Assembly: GCA_002469895.1 (NCBI GenBank)
Contig: DKOA01000046.1
Span: 19,129 to 83,128 of the forward strand
Direction: 5' to 3'
Source of the DNA: Opitutia bacterium UBA7374
GTDB lineage: Bacteria > Verrucomicrobiota > Verrucomicrobiia > Opitutales > Coraliomargaritaceae
Length of the DNA: 64,000 nucleotides
Made by a program: the position numbers and the translations under genes. Of the stretch, positions 1-9,550 are shown piece by piece. Every line of letters begins with the position of its first letter. Position 1 is the first letter of the stretch. Under the pieces are notes generated by a model. That model was given only the letters and a program-made list of their open reading frames with translations, searched no databases and was not told where the DNA came from.

Positions 1-1027
1 GAACTCCAGGATGACGCAGGAAAAGGCGCAAGTTAGTCTGAAAGAGGCCAACGCTCGCGTTGTCGATGATGCTTTTCCTCCTTTACGTCACTCCTCTCCA
101 AATATAACCGTCAACCTCTTAGTCGGTGTGTTTGGTGGACTCGCGGTAGGCGGAGGCCTTGTCTTTATTGTCGCTTTTCTAGACGACCGCGTGAAGAGCG
201 CTTTCGATATTGAAGGGACAATTGGACTTCCGCTCCTAGGCGTAATTCCTCGAATTAAGAAGCTGGATTCAAGCACTAAAGCCCAGGCAGTTGCCGCGAA
301 TGTTGATCGGCATGTAACGGAGACATTCCGCTCGATACATTCGTCATTAAAACTCAATGACGAAAGTAAGAACGCGAAGGTCATACTGGCAACGAGTACG
401 GTTCCTAGTGAGGGTAAGTCATTTGTTAGCTCAAATATGGCACTTACCTTCGCTAATCATGGGGAGCGCACACTGCTCCTGGACGCGGATTTACGTCTCC
501 CGAATATTGCATCCTCGCTACAGTTGCCAAATGAGTTCGGCTTGCTCGACCATATTGAACAAGGTAGCCGTTTGGACGATATGATAGTCAGTGAAGTATA
601 TCCCAATCTGGATGTCTTGCCATCGGGCGGTAAGTCGAAGAACCCCACCCAAGTTTTGGTGAGCGCACAATTTGAAGCGATGCTTGCTGATTTACGAGAT
701 CGTTATGATCGAATAGTCGTGGATTCGCCTCCTCTGGCAGCGGTGAGCGACGCTCTCAATCTTTTGCCTTTTGTCGACGGAATTGTTTACGTAATCAAAT
801 TCAATACAGTCAAGCGGAAGACTGCGGTTGCGAATGTCCGCAGACTATGGGAATCCAATACCCCAGTATTTGGTGCGATCTTAAACAATATAACAACATC
901 TCTTTCTAGTTACTACTACTCACAGTACACGGACAAGGCCTACCAAGACTATTACATTGGCCAAGAAGATGAGATGGAGGACGAATTGGCAGCCAGCACA
1001 GAGCCGGAAGAAAAAGTCGAAAGCTAG
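1..1027 (+). CDS. Wzc/EpsB-type tyrosine autokinase (polysaccharide co-polymerase C-terminal part), 5' end cut by window edge
   Basis: The frame is open back to position 2. TM helix ITVNLLVGVFGGLAVGGGLVFIVAFL is followed by a P-loop domain: Walker A STVPSEGKSF, Walker A' LLLDADLRLP, Walker B DRIVVDSPP. A C-terminal Tyr cluster SSYYYSQYTDKAYQDYY is present. Confidence 0.85.
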   Translation, partial: NSRMTQEKAQVSLKEANARVVDDAFPPLRHSSPNITVNLLVGVFGGLAVGGGLVFIVAFLDDRVKSAFDIEGTIGLPLLGVIPRIKKLDSSTKAQAVAANVDRHVTETFRSIHSSLKLNDESKNAKVILATSTVPSEGKSFVSSNMALTFANHGERTLLLDADLRLPNIASSLQLPNEFGLLDHIEQGSRLDDMIVSEVYPNLDVLPSGGKSKNPTQVLVSAQFEAMLADLRDRYDRIVVDSPPLAAVSDALNLLPFVDGIVYVIKFNTVKRKTAVANVRRLWESNTPVFGAILNNITTSLSSYYYSQYTDKAYQDYYIGQEDEMEDELAASTEPEEKVES

Positions 1028-1049
1028 CTTTGAACGTATCCTGAAAGTC

Positions 1050-2048
1050 TTATCTGGCTTTTGCCGCCGCTCTTTCCAGTCGATCATTGATTGCAGTGCC
1101 AACACCTTCTTCTGGACAACGTTCGATCACTATCTTTTTGTAGCCTAGATGGTCGAGCTTTTGGAGCATACTGAATAAGTTACGCGCAACGATCGGAAGG
1201 TCACCATCTTCAGATAACCAGAACAGGTTATCTCTGTTTGGTTCGTTTACAGCAGGTCTTTGTATTAGCAGGTAAGCGGCCTCCGGGTGGTAAGAGATTT
1301 TTTCACTACTACCATGCTGAAGAAGTACCAGTTCTGTATTTGGGCTATAATGCCGATTCATGCCTCCTGGAGCTAGTTGTGTGTCCGGATCCCCTTTTTT
1401 GTTTGCGGACACGATGGGTACTTTATTTTCAACCTGAAGTTTGAGAACTTGCTCCAATTCTTCCGGTAGGACTGGGCCATGACGTAATACTGCTGGGCAG
1501 TTTGGATTGCGCAAATCGAGTATTGTGGATTCAATACCAATTGTGGAAGGGCCATCGTCAAGAATAGCTGGAATCTTCTGCCCCAGCGTTTGTTCGACCT
1601 GTGAGGCAGAGGAAGGGCTGATGTAGCTGAATGGATTCGCGCTGGGTGCTGCGAGAGGAAAATCTACAGCTGACAGTAGGCTTCTGAAAGTTGGCTGACT
1701 GGGTATACGAACCGCTACAGAAGGAAGACCGGCGGTAACAATGTCCGGAATACGATCCCTCTTTTGCGTAACAATTGTTAATGCGCCCGGCCAGAATGCT
1801 TCCGCTAAGATTTCCATTTGAGAGGATACGAGGGCGTATGCGCTAACTGCTTCGAGACTGGAAAAATGGCAAATTAGGGGATCCATTAGTGGGCGACCTT
1901 TAACCCTAAAAATGCGACGAACAGCAGACTCATCGGTTGCATTTGCCGCTAAACCGTAGACTGTTTCGGAGGGAATCGCGACAATCTCTCCCGCTTTGAG
2001 TAGGATCGCACAATGCTGGATGTTATCTCTATTTGCCGGTAGTCTCAC
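1050..2048 (-). CDS. sua5: L-threonylcarbamoyladenylate synthase (Sua5/YwlC type, t6A pathway)
   Basis: 332 aa with YrdC-fold motifs IPSETVYGLAANA and FRVKGRPLMDPLI, plus the additional Sua5-type C-terminal domain. Confidence 0.85.
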   Translation of the reverse strand: MRLPANRDNIQHCAILLKAGEIVAIPSETVYGLAANATDESAVRRIFRVKGRPLMDPLICHFSSLEAVSAYALVSSQMEILAEAFWPGALTIVTQKRDRIPDIVTAGLPSVAVRIPSQPTFRSLLSAVDFPLAAPSANPFSYISPSSASQVEQTLGQKIPAILDDGPSTIGIESTILDLRNPNCPAVLRHGPVLPEELEQVLKLQVENKVPIVSANKKGDPDTQLAPGGMNRHYSPNTELVLLQHGSSEKISYHPEAAYLLIQRPAVNEPNRDNLFWLSEDGDLPIVARNLFSMLQKLDHLGYKKIVIERCPEEGVGTAINDRLERAAAKAR

Positions 2049-2072
2049 TGTAATGTTGTTATATCAGTGATC

Positions 2073-2107
2073 AAAAAAATCCTTCCCCAATAGAAAGGGA
2101 AAGGATT
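2073..2107 (-). terminator. rho-independent terminator downstream of rpsR
   Basis: On the minus strand, stem ATCCTTTCCC / GGGGAAGGAT (plus-strand 2079-2088 and 2097-2106) is followed by a T7 run (plus-strand A-run 2073-2079). It lies about 55 nt after the rpsR stop. Confidence 0.6.
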
Positions 2108-2160
2108 TGCAGGAAAGGCTTATATCGAAGCAGTAATTATTATTCCTCTCGGTCTACGAA

Positions 2161-2358
2161 CTACTTCATCGTAAGCATGTTGCGTGCACGCTTGATCAGG
2201 TTGGTCACTCGTCGCTGATGTTTGGCAGAAAGGCCAGTTATCTTACGAGGCAGGATCTTTCCGGTTTCTGTTACAAAGCGAGAAAGTTGATCCACATCCA
2301 TGTAGGTGTAATCCATGGGGTTGCGTGAGCGGTTTAAAGTCTTGTTATCTGTACTCAT
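2161..2358 (-). CDS. rpsR: 30S ribosomal protein S18
   Basis: 65 aa. [29 protein letters not shown] matches the conserved S18 core. Confidence 0.9.
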   Translation of the reverse strand: MSTDNKTLNRSRNPMDYTYMDVDQLSRFVTETGKILPRKITGLSAKHQRRVTNLIKRARNMLTMK

Positions 2359-2456
2359 AGGAAGGCGAGAAAGTAGGGCTCTCTTTTTCTAGTGCAAGCA
2401 CATTTTTAAGGTGGATTTTTACATATTCGCTTTGAAACGCCGGACTGTAGAGATCT

Positions 2457-2484
2457 TTGCTTGTTGCGAAATTTTGTTTAAGAT
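2457..2484 (+). promoter_or_regulatory. candidate sigma70-like promoter for tRNA-Arg
   Basis: TTGCTT (2457-2462), 16 nt spacer, TAAGAT (2479-2484), about 20 nt upstream of the tRNA 5' end. This is a by-eye match only. Confidence 0.3.
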
Positions 2485-2504
2485 ACACTGCTAATGTGTT
2501 TTTA

Positions 2505-2579
2505 GTCCCCATAGTTCAACGGATAGAACAATAGTTTCCTAAACTGCAGATCTGGGTTCGATTCCCAGTGGGGGCACCA
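2505..2579 (+). tRNA. tRNA-Arg (anticodon CCT)
   Basis: Hand-folded cloverleaf: acceptor GTCCCCA/TGGGGGC, D arm GTTC/GAAC, anticodon loop TTCCTAA (CCT), T arm CTGGG-TTCGATT-CCCAG, discriminator A and encoded CCA. Confidence 0.85.
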
Positions 2580-2581
2580 GA

Positions 2582-5296
2582 TTAGATGCCCGGAAGGAGC
2601 TTTCTCGGATCAAAAATCGAGCGCCATCGCTGTTTCTCCAGAGTGCCTGAAAGGTCAAAGCGCAAAAAAGTAGAGAGTGGGCTTATGATGTCGGTAATGC
2701 GCGTGATCGGATTATTACGATCGGTAGAATTACCAAAAAGCTGAACAGCAACCCGCATATCGAGAGCGTGGGATTCCAAGGCCATTGATCCATTTGCTTC
2801 AATTCGAGTGATGGGACCGTTTACAAGAAGTTCTGTGAATTCTGCAATTCCATCTTGCACCAAGAATTCGGCGGACATCTTGTTCAGTTCAAAAGAGGTA
2901 AATCCGAGTACAGTGCCTTGCAGGAGAATGGAAAGTGGGCCGAGCAGTTGAATGGTTCCCAAGTCGCGGTCTCGGATGGAAAAACGACCTTCGCCGGTAA
3001 AGCGGTAGGGATCGTCCAGAGGCCCACAAGCGTGCAGTTGGGCATCCAGCAAACCGGAATCTCCCCCGGCTGAAGATCCGCTTCTTGCCTCTTCCGGGGT
3101 TTGAAAATCGTCTTCAATTTGGTCGAGTGCCGGAAGGTTCTGAATGGCGCTCTGCCCATCCGCCTCGATCAGGTTTACTTCAACACAGGCAAAGCCGGCT
3201 CGTCCGGGGCGGCTGGTAATATCGACGGAGCCATTGCCTAAACCTTGTGCATAGCCAAAGGAGATATTGCGCAATTGAGTTACGCGATCGTCGGAGTAAC
3301 CATTGAGTGTGAGATATTCAAGAGGGGCATGGTTATATTCCAGTGATCCAGCGGAATCAGCATAAAAGGAGAAATTGCTTTTCCCTTTAAATTCAGGGTA
3401 GCGTCCGCTGAAATAACTACTTCCATCAAGCTGTATTTTTGGACGTCCTGTAAACGTGAAATCACCCACAGTGCGTTTGTAGAGGAGTTCGCCAACAAGA
3501 TGACGAGTTGCGTCGATCGACAATTCTGTTTCAACATCTAGGTGCAAGGCGAGTAGGCTGGGAATCCCGTCCTGTCGACGTGTTAAGTCTATTGTGCCGG
3601 CAAAACTGCCTTCTGTGCTTTGGACTTGAGAAATGTCCAGTTGGATATGGAGCGGGTTTCCATTTACCTGCACGGTCGCCTTCTCCAAGGGTACCTTACT
3701 ATAGGTTGCGTCATTTAGTTTCACTACCCCGTAGAAGCGGGTTCCTGCTTGGCGCAGATAGGCACTGTTGATCGCAAAGTTGGCTTGGGTGAGGGCTTTC
3801 GAGTGGAAGGTGAAATCTTTAAAAATATGCCCCCACCAAGTCGGCAATAAACTACCGTATTCTTTCGGCTGAATTCTACCGTTTGCAAGGATGTGAGCCG
3901 TGTGTTCCTGCGTATCGATTTTTATCGAAGCTTTTGCATATTCATCGTTTCGGTACACCTCGAGATTCGGTACTTTGATAATGCCTTTGTAGTGTTCTCC
4001 TTTCGCTTGAATGTGGTCAAAATGAACATCGCCTGCCTTTACCCGGTTTGTTTGCAGAGTAAAACCGATGTACTCCAACTTCTCATTTTTATTGAGGCGA
4101 ACTTTTGCAGAATAATCGAGTGCGTCTAAAAAGTCGAGCAGTGGTAAATTCTTGAGGATAGAGGCGGGCAGTAATTCGATTATTCTGTTTGGATGTAATT
4201 CCCCACTGGTCGCAATCTCAGAGCGTTGTTCTTCTGGAAAATATGTGGCTTTGATTCTTGAAACACAGCCATACAGTGAAGTAGAGCCGCAAACTTCCAA
4301 TCTCTCAGGCGAACTCTCGGTTACTTCAAAGGTAGGGTATTCTAAAGTATACTCAGCGAGCATTAGTCTTTGTGCACAAAACTTTATTCGCGGTAACTGC
4401 TTCTGTAGAAGCCGATGAATTTCGTCTGGTCTAATCGAGCAACTGGCTTCTTCAGCGGTCACTCCGTAGGCAGGCATCCGCACGTTCTGTCCCGTGATGA
4501 GAGCTGGTTCTGCGAGGAGGACCTGATCGCCCTGTAATCGTAAAGATAAATCAATGGACACACGATCCGAACCAATTTGCTCACTCTTTATTTCTGGGCT
4601 CGAAATATGAAGTTCAAGATGGGCCGCTTCCGCTGTTGTCCTCTGCAAATTAAAAGTAACGGTCGGATTTGTCAGATAGTTGTGATCTGCCTGCTGTTTC
4701 TGGATCCGTGAAGCAAGTTTATAGAAAGAATCCAGTAGATCTGTATCTTCCAGAGTGTTTGTTTGAAATCTATTTACTGCAATATCTACAGTGCCTCGTA
4801 GTATCCAGTTGTCTAACTTTGCGCAGATTGCATTTGCACGAACAGAGTCATCTTCAAATTCTAAATCGATCGCAATATTGTTGAGTAGAGGCCGATGCAT
4901 CCCATCGGGAGAGTAGATCGCGGGTTGATAGAGAGTTCCTCCCGAAATGATGCAACCGACTAACCGAAGCCCACGCTCACTCCCACGCATGCCCCAGTGA
5001 AGCAATGCACTTTCTGCCTTAATTAGAGGTTTCTGATTCCCCTCTTTAAATAGAGCGAGATCTTGTGCCTCTACTTTGCCATCCAGACGGAGTTGATAAT
5101 TCTTTGCTTCAATGCGCAGGTCTTCAAGCGGATGCGAGGCAAAATATTCGTTGATTTGTTTCGGCGGCAACGGGATATAGCCATAAACAAATTCACAGAC
5201 CAGTGCGACGCATTGCAGGCTAAGCAGTAGTAGTAGAAATAACCTGATGAATAGACTGATAAACCACAGAATGGGAGATTTCTGGTTTTTGACCAT
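2582..5296 (-). CDS. large membrane-anchored hypothetical protein (904 aa; AsmA/TamB-like is only a guess)
   Basis: Long uninterrupted ORF with an N-terminal TM helix (ILWFISLFIRLFLLLLLSL). It lies 50 nt downstream of, and co-oriented with, the GldG/DUF4340 cluster. I recognise no catalytic motif. Confidence 0.6.
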   Translation of the reverse strand: MVKNQKSPILWFISLFIRLFLLLLLSLQCVALVCEFVYGYIPLPPKQINEYFASHPLEDLRIEAKNYQLRLDGKVEAQDLALFKEGNQKPLIKAESALLHWGMRGSERGLRLVGCIISGGTLYQPAIYSPDGMHRPLLNNIAIDLEFEDDSVRANAICAKLDNWILRGTVDIAVNRFQTNTLEDTDLLDSFYKLASRIQKQQADHNYLTNPTVTFNLQRTTAEAAHLELHISSPEIKSEQIGSDRVSIDLSLRLQGDQVLLAEPALITGQNVRMPAYGVTAEEASCSIRPDEIHRLLQKQLPRIKFCAQRLMLAEYTLEYPTFEVTESSPERLEVCGSTSLYGCVSRIKATYFPEEQRSEIATSGELHPNRIIELLPASILKNLPLLDFLDALDYSAKVRLNKNEKLEYIGFTLQTNRVKAGDVHFDHIQAKGEHYKGIIKVPNLEVYRNDEYAKASIKIDTQEHTAHILANGRIQPKEYGSLLPTWWGHIFKDFTFHSKALTQANFAINSAYLRQAGTRFYGVVKLNDATYSKVPLEKATVQVNGNPLHIQLDISQVQSTEGSFAGTIDLTRRQDGIPSLLALHLDVETELSIDATRHLVGELLYKRTVGDFTFTGRPKIQLDGSSYFSGRYPEFKGKSNFSFYADSAGSLEYNHAPLEYLTLNGYSDDRVTQLRNISFGYAQGLGNGSVDITSRPGRAGFACVEVNLIEADGQSAIQNLPALDQIEDDFQTPEEARSGSSAGGDSGLLDAQLHACGPLDDPYRFTGEGRFSIRDRDLGTIQLLGPLSILLQGTVLGFTSFELNKMSAEFLVQDGIAEFTELLVNGPITRIEANGSMALESHALDMRVAVQLFGNSTDRNNPITRITDIISPLSTFLRFDLSGTLEKQRWRSIFDPRKLLPGI

Positions 5297-5346
5297 GGCT
5301 CAATCTGTGCGGTAAAAAGATTATCGATTGCACTTATTCAACCCAA

Positions 5347-7296
5347 TTACTTCGTCGGGGAGTTCTCCGGTCGAGGGAGAGGGGCCAGAGGAATCGAGTC
5401 CGGCACCGGTTGTCCGTCTACTTCAGGTGGCGCTGGCTCGTCGGGTACAATCGCAGCCAATGCTTCAATTAATTGAATAGGGCTATTGAAGAGTGATTTA
5501 TGGCGTACCGAGGCTCCTGGCTGAGAGGTTCCGGAAAGTCGTTCAGTAAAATAATATGTGTGCGTTTCTTTATTTGTCCGATCTCCGCCGGGTAGAATAA
5601 TTTCGACATTGAGTTGGTAGGCCCAAGGTACTGTATCTCCGTCCTCCGTTGAGTAGACTTCTGGGAATTGGTCAGCTAAATGGCTTTCTACACGTGCCTC
5701 CCGAACCCAATCAAGTAATGTAAGAATGGCGTTCTTTCTTTCGAGAGGTTGCTTTTCTAGTAAGGGCTCCCATGAGCTATTTTCGTTCCCGGAGATGAGT
5801 TGAATGATGGATTCCCCGCTATCTTGATCAATGATTTCGATCGACTCAATCAGAGCGGCCTGAGGCAGTATTTCAAGTAATCGATTTCTGTAGTAGAGGG
5901 GGTTTAGCGGGAAACAAGAAAGGCTGGTAAAGCGATTAACTTCGTAGATATATTCGCTCTGGTTTGTTTTAGCGTAGAGTTTTTCCTCATTTTCCTCTGG
6001 ATGTGCCAGTTGAAGGATAATTTCGGGGGCATCTTCTTGGAATTCTATTTGTAGAGTTCTGGTGGGCTTATCAAAGCCGAGGCGGCTCAAGTCAGCAGTC
6101 GTTGGAGAGTCATATGCGAACTGGACCGCGCGGAGGGTTTGTATGTCAGCGATTAATTTTTGCAAAACTGCTGGAGAGGCACGATGTGGGGTGACTTCGT
6201 TTTCGCGGTTGCTTTTAATTACCTGCCACCCGCTGGTCTCAAGTTTACGGAGGCGAATTTCCATTTCTTCGCTACGAATATTAATAGCACTGACCGGTTT
6301 ATTCTGAAAATCGATAAATTTGCGTTCTCGCAGAGACTGTTGGGCAACTCGCAATTGATCAAAGGGCTCTGCCGATACGGTAAAAACAGTCGGGTAGTTT
6401 TCAATTTTTGCGTAGTAATATTCTGGCTCTTCGGAAGGTTGGTAGGGATTCCCGATAAGGAGTGTTTGTTGGCGCTTGTTCCCGTAGAGTGTGATCTTCA
6501 TGAACGGAGAGTTTAGACCACGTCGAAGCGGGTCTCCTGTATCCGGGATAAAACGATCAATTTTGATCAATGCGAGTGAGCTGATCGTATCGCTCACCAA
6601 TGCAGCATCCGCCTCAGCAGATAATGGAGACTCAAAACGCCACCCATCATTATTTCTACGTAACAGTACCTTGAATGCCTTTTCGCTGGGGTTGTCTGGA
6701 TTGACATGTTGCACGCCGAGGGCCTCTACTTCGAAGACGGGTATATCAAATACCTTACGGTTGCGAAGTTCATCCAGACCAACGAGTAAGCTACTAATCA
6801 GTTCATTAGAGACAACGTGTACATATTTTCCCCTTGGCCCGAGTATATATACGTTACTGCCAATTTCGGTCTTACTTCCGATCTTCAGCTCGATGGACCT
6901 GTTAGCCCCGGTTATACGCAAGAGTATGGAAGGATCTTCTAAACCGTAGTCGTCAAGGGATTGTCCGGTGCTCTTGATCTCGTCTACAGAGAAGGCAACT
7001 TGCTCTTCCAAAAACTGCAGCTGATTGAGGATCCGATTGACTGCGAAATAATTAGCTGACCATTTATTCGGTGACTCCAGAGTCCAATCGGAGCCGTCTC
7101 GGGTGAGTGTTCTTGGTGTCTTCAGCCCGGGCCCACTGATTTCGATACGATTTGCCTCAATAATCTGTCGGCTAATTTGGCTGGAGAGTCCTTTGCTATC
7201 TCGAGATGAGATGGTTTGGTCGTCTTGTAACAAGAAAATCAGCCCAAAAGTTGCTAGGTTGAGTAGCAGGAGGAGAATAGTTGTGGTAAAGCGCAT
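5347..7296 (-). CDS. DUF4340-like protein, fourth gene of the GldA/F/G-type ABC cluster
   Basis: 649 aa with an N-terminal TM anchor. It sits 3 nt after the GldG-like gene, matching the widely conserved four-gene arrangement of ABC ATPase, ABC-2 permease, GldG and DUF4340. Assignment rests on context plus overall architecture. Confidence 0.6.
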   Translation of the reverse strand: MRFTTTILLLLLNLATFGLIFLLQDDQTISSRDSKGLSSQISRQIIEANRIEISGPGLKTPRTLTRDGSDWTLESPNKWSANYFAVNRILNQLQFLEEQVAFSVDEIKSTGQSLDDYGLEDPSILLRITGANRSIELKIGSKTEIGSNVYILGPRGKYVHVVSNELISSLLVGLDELRNRKVFDIPVFEVEALGVQHVNPDNPSEKAFKVLLRRNNDGWRFESPLSAEADAALVSDTISSLALIKIDRFIPDTGDPLRRGLNSPFMKITLYGNKRQQTLLIGNPYQPSEEPEYYYAKIENYPTVFTVSAEPFDQLRVAQQSLRERKFIDFQNKPVSAINIRSEEMEIRLRKLETSGWQVIKSNRENEVTPHRASPAVLQKLIADIQTLRAVQFAYDSPTTADLSRLGFDKPTRTLQIEFQEDAPEIILQLAHPEENEEKLYAKTNQSEYIYEVNRFTSLSCFPLNPLYYRNRLLEILPQAALIESIEIIDQDSGESIIQLISGNENSSWEPLLEKQPLERKNAILTLLDWVREARVESHLADQFPEVYSTEDGDTVPWAYQLNVEIILPGGDRTNKETHTYYFTERLSGTSQPGASVRHKSLFNSPIQLIEALAAIVPDEPAPPEVDGQPVPDSIPLAPLPRPENSPTK

Positions 7297-7299
7297 GGC

Positions 7300-8781
7300 T
7301 TAACGGCGGCGGATAAGGTGAATCGTAGTGCCTGCGAGAGCAGCGAGAGCCGGAATTGCGGCAAAATAAAACAACAGTAATTTAATTTCCCTCTCGCTCA
7401 TAATCAATTGATATTGTTGTAGCGGTCTTGTTGGTATACTCAGTAACTCGGTTCGATTCAAAGCCCAATTTACGGAGTTAATGAAGAGACTCTGGTTGCC
7501 GTAAGTTTGCAGCCGCTCATTGGCAATAAAGTCACCATTTCCAAAGACTACGAGCCGGCCTCCCTGTATATTAATGCCAAATTCGGAACCAGCGCTACGG
7601 CTAGAAGCAGTGGCGATACTAACTGGCCCGAGCAGGTCTCGATTGGCATCAAATTTTTGGGAGGTTGATTTTCGAAAATCGCGCTCTGCCCAACTATTGG
7701 AAGAAGATCCAATGATTTGTTCGACGACTAGCCCATCTACATTGAGCGCCGCTGGGTCAGTACGAACTGGACGGGGCAGGCCAAATAAAGCGGTTATTTT
7801 GTAGTCGATGAGCATTTGTGTGATCGGGTGAGGGGCAAATCGGCGTACGATTAGATCACCGCCACGAGCACGAAAGTCTTCGCTCGGATCCAGTATAGCC
7901 ATATCTTCAACGAGGACGCCCCAATCGAAGAACAGATCCTCCATGCCATGCTGCCGACCGGGATTGATGAGCACAATCATTCGGCCATTGCGCTCAGATA
8001 GGTAGCGCCGCAGTTTTTCGACTTCTTCAGGCATGATCCGACCCTGGGGAGAGGCTAAGACAATCAAGTCTGCATCCTCGGGCACTGCAGGTTTGGCACT
8101 TAAGTCGAGCGGCCGAATCACCATATTTCTTTCTTTTAGAAAGTGGTCTAGTTGAGAGATGCCGTAAGCTGAATCCGTATCATCGAGTTGCATCTCTCCA
8201 TGACCGACAAGAAAATAAACATGATCCGGTGATTCCGAAGCGACTTCGATGATAGCGGAAGTAAAGACACGCTCTCCACGAAAACCAGTGATGCTCTCGC
8301 CATCGTTTTCATATAATTGTGCCTGTCGAATTTCGCGTGTGCGACCCTCGCAAGCAACGAGGATAAGGTTTTCTCCGGAGGTCCTATACTGGCGGGCAAT
8401 TTCTTCTGCGCGCTTGCGCTGCCGGTAGATATCGATGAATTCAATTCTAATATTCGAGCCGGCACTGGCGGCACTCTCTGCCTCATATTGGCGGAGTAGC
8501 TTCCTCAAATCACCGTAGATTTTTTGGAGCTCAGGGATATCGGAATCCCCCATCACGGTTGCCATGATGTGGACGGGCTTTTCCAGAGAGCGAATATATG
8601 CCTTAGTCTCAGCAGAGAGGGTGTATGTGCCTGTACGGCTCAGGTCAAAACGGCTGAAGTTATTTGACGCTAGGTAGTTGAGCCCAATTAAGAGGCTGGT
8701 AAATAATACAATTTGAATCACCAGATTGACGGCCCTTGCTTTACGGGCAAAACCAAACTCTTCCATCTTGGAAATATTCAT
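7300..8781 (-). CDS. GldG-family ABC-transporter auxiliary component
   Basis: 493 aa with N- and C-terminal TM helices flanking a large periplasmic domain. Its start overlaps the permease stop by 1 nt (TAATG on the minus strand). Confidence 0.7.
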   Translation of the reverse strand: MNISKMEEFGFARKARAVNLVIQIVLFTSLLIGLNYLASNNFSRFDLSRTGTYTLSAETKAYIRSLEKPVHIMATVMGDSDIPELQKIYGDLRKLLRQYEAESAASAGSNIRIEFIDIYRQRKRAEEIARQYRTSGENLILVACEGRTREIRQAQLYENDGESITGFRGERVFTSAIIEVASESPDHVYFLVGHGEMQLDDTDSAYGISQLDHFLKERNMVIRPLDLSAKPAVPEDADLIVLASPQGRIMPEEVEKLRRYLSERNGRMIVLINPGRQHGMEDLFFDWGVLVEDMAILDPSEDFRARGGDLIVRRFAPHPITQMLIDYKITALFGLPRPVRTDPAALNVDGLVVEQIIGSSSNSWAERDFRKSTSQKFDANRDLLGPVSIATASSRSAGSEFGINIQGGRLVVFGNGDFIANERLQTYGNQSLFINSVNWALNRTELLSIPTRPLQQYQLIMSEREIKLLLFYFAAIPALAALAGTTIHLIRRR

Positions 8782-9545
8782 TATGATTTAGCCTCGATTA
8801 CGAGGGTAGCTAGGCCAAGAACGAGTGAACCCGTACTAATATAGTAAAAGAAGGGCCGGGTATCGATTATGCCTCGAGAAAAATCATCGAGGTGTTGAAA
8901 AACTTGGAGATAGCCTGCCAGAGGCTGTAACCAGGAATTCATATCTGCACTGTATTGCGTGAGGCCTTCAATCTGAGAGCCGCCGACGATTGCAGCAAAG
9001 AGCGCGGTAAAGGTAAGCATGCCGGCGACTAGTTGGCTGCGGGTCAAGCAACTGGAAAAAATGCCGATCGCGATAAAGAGGAATCCGCTGAGAGCGATAA
9101 AGAGCAGGCTACCGGTAACGGCGGCACGTTCGAGCAGTGCTTCCAAGGGGGCAACATGCGGAAAAAAAAGTAGTGTGATGGCCGGGAAGCAAAGGGTGCC
9201 GACCCAGAGTAGCAGGTAGAATAAATAGGCGCCGGCAAATTTACTTAAAATTATACTACTGTATGAGGTTGCCGTTGTGAAGAGGGCATCCAAAGTGCCG
9301 TCGCTGCGTTGACCGGCAACGCTGCGCATGGTTAGCAGAGGAACAACGAAGAAGGTGGGCAGCCAGAATAGTTTGAAAAAATAGACGGCCGGCAGCTCAT
9401 CCTGAGCCGTTGCGATCATGTCACGCAGGATGCTCCAGTAAAGCAAGCCCATGACAACGTAGAAGAAAAACGCTGCCAGATAGGTGGCCGGTGAAATTAA
9501 GAGCATGCGCAGCTCATGCTGAAATAAAGTAGTAAAATTTCGCAT
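8781..9545 (-). CDS. ABC-2 type transporter permease (GldF-like)
   Basis: Polytopic membrane protein. I chose the internal Met (MRNFTTLFQHE, ATG at 9545) so the gene begins 5 nt after the ATPase stop rather than overlapping it by 61 nt. Confidence 0.75.
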   Translation of the reverse strand: MRNFTTLFQHELRMLLISPATYLAAFFFYVVMGLLYWSILRDMIATAQDELPAVYFFKLFWLPTFFVVPLLTMRSVAGQRSDGTLDALFTTATSYSSIILSKFAGAYLFYLLLWVGTLCFPAITLLFFPHVAPLEALLERAAVTGSLLFIALSGFLFIAIGIFSSCLTRSQLVAGMLTFTALFAAIVGGSQIEGLTQYSADMNSWLQPLAGYLQVFQHLDDFSRGIIDTRPFFYYISTGSLVLGLATLVIEAKS

Positions 9546-9550
9546 TTCTA

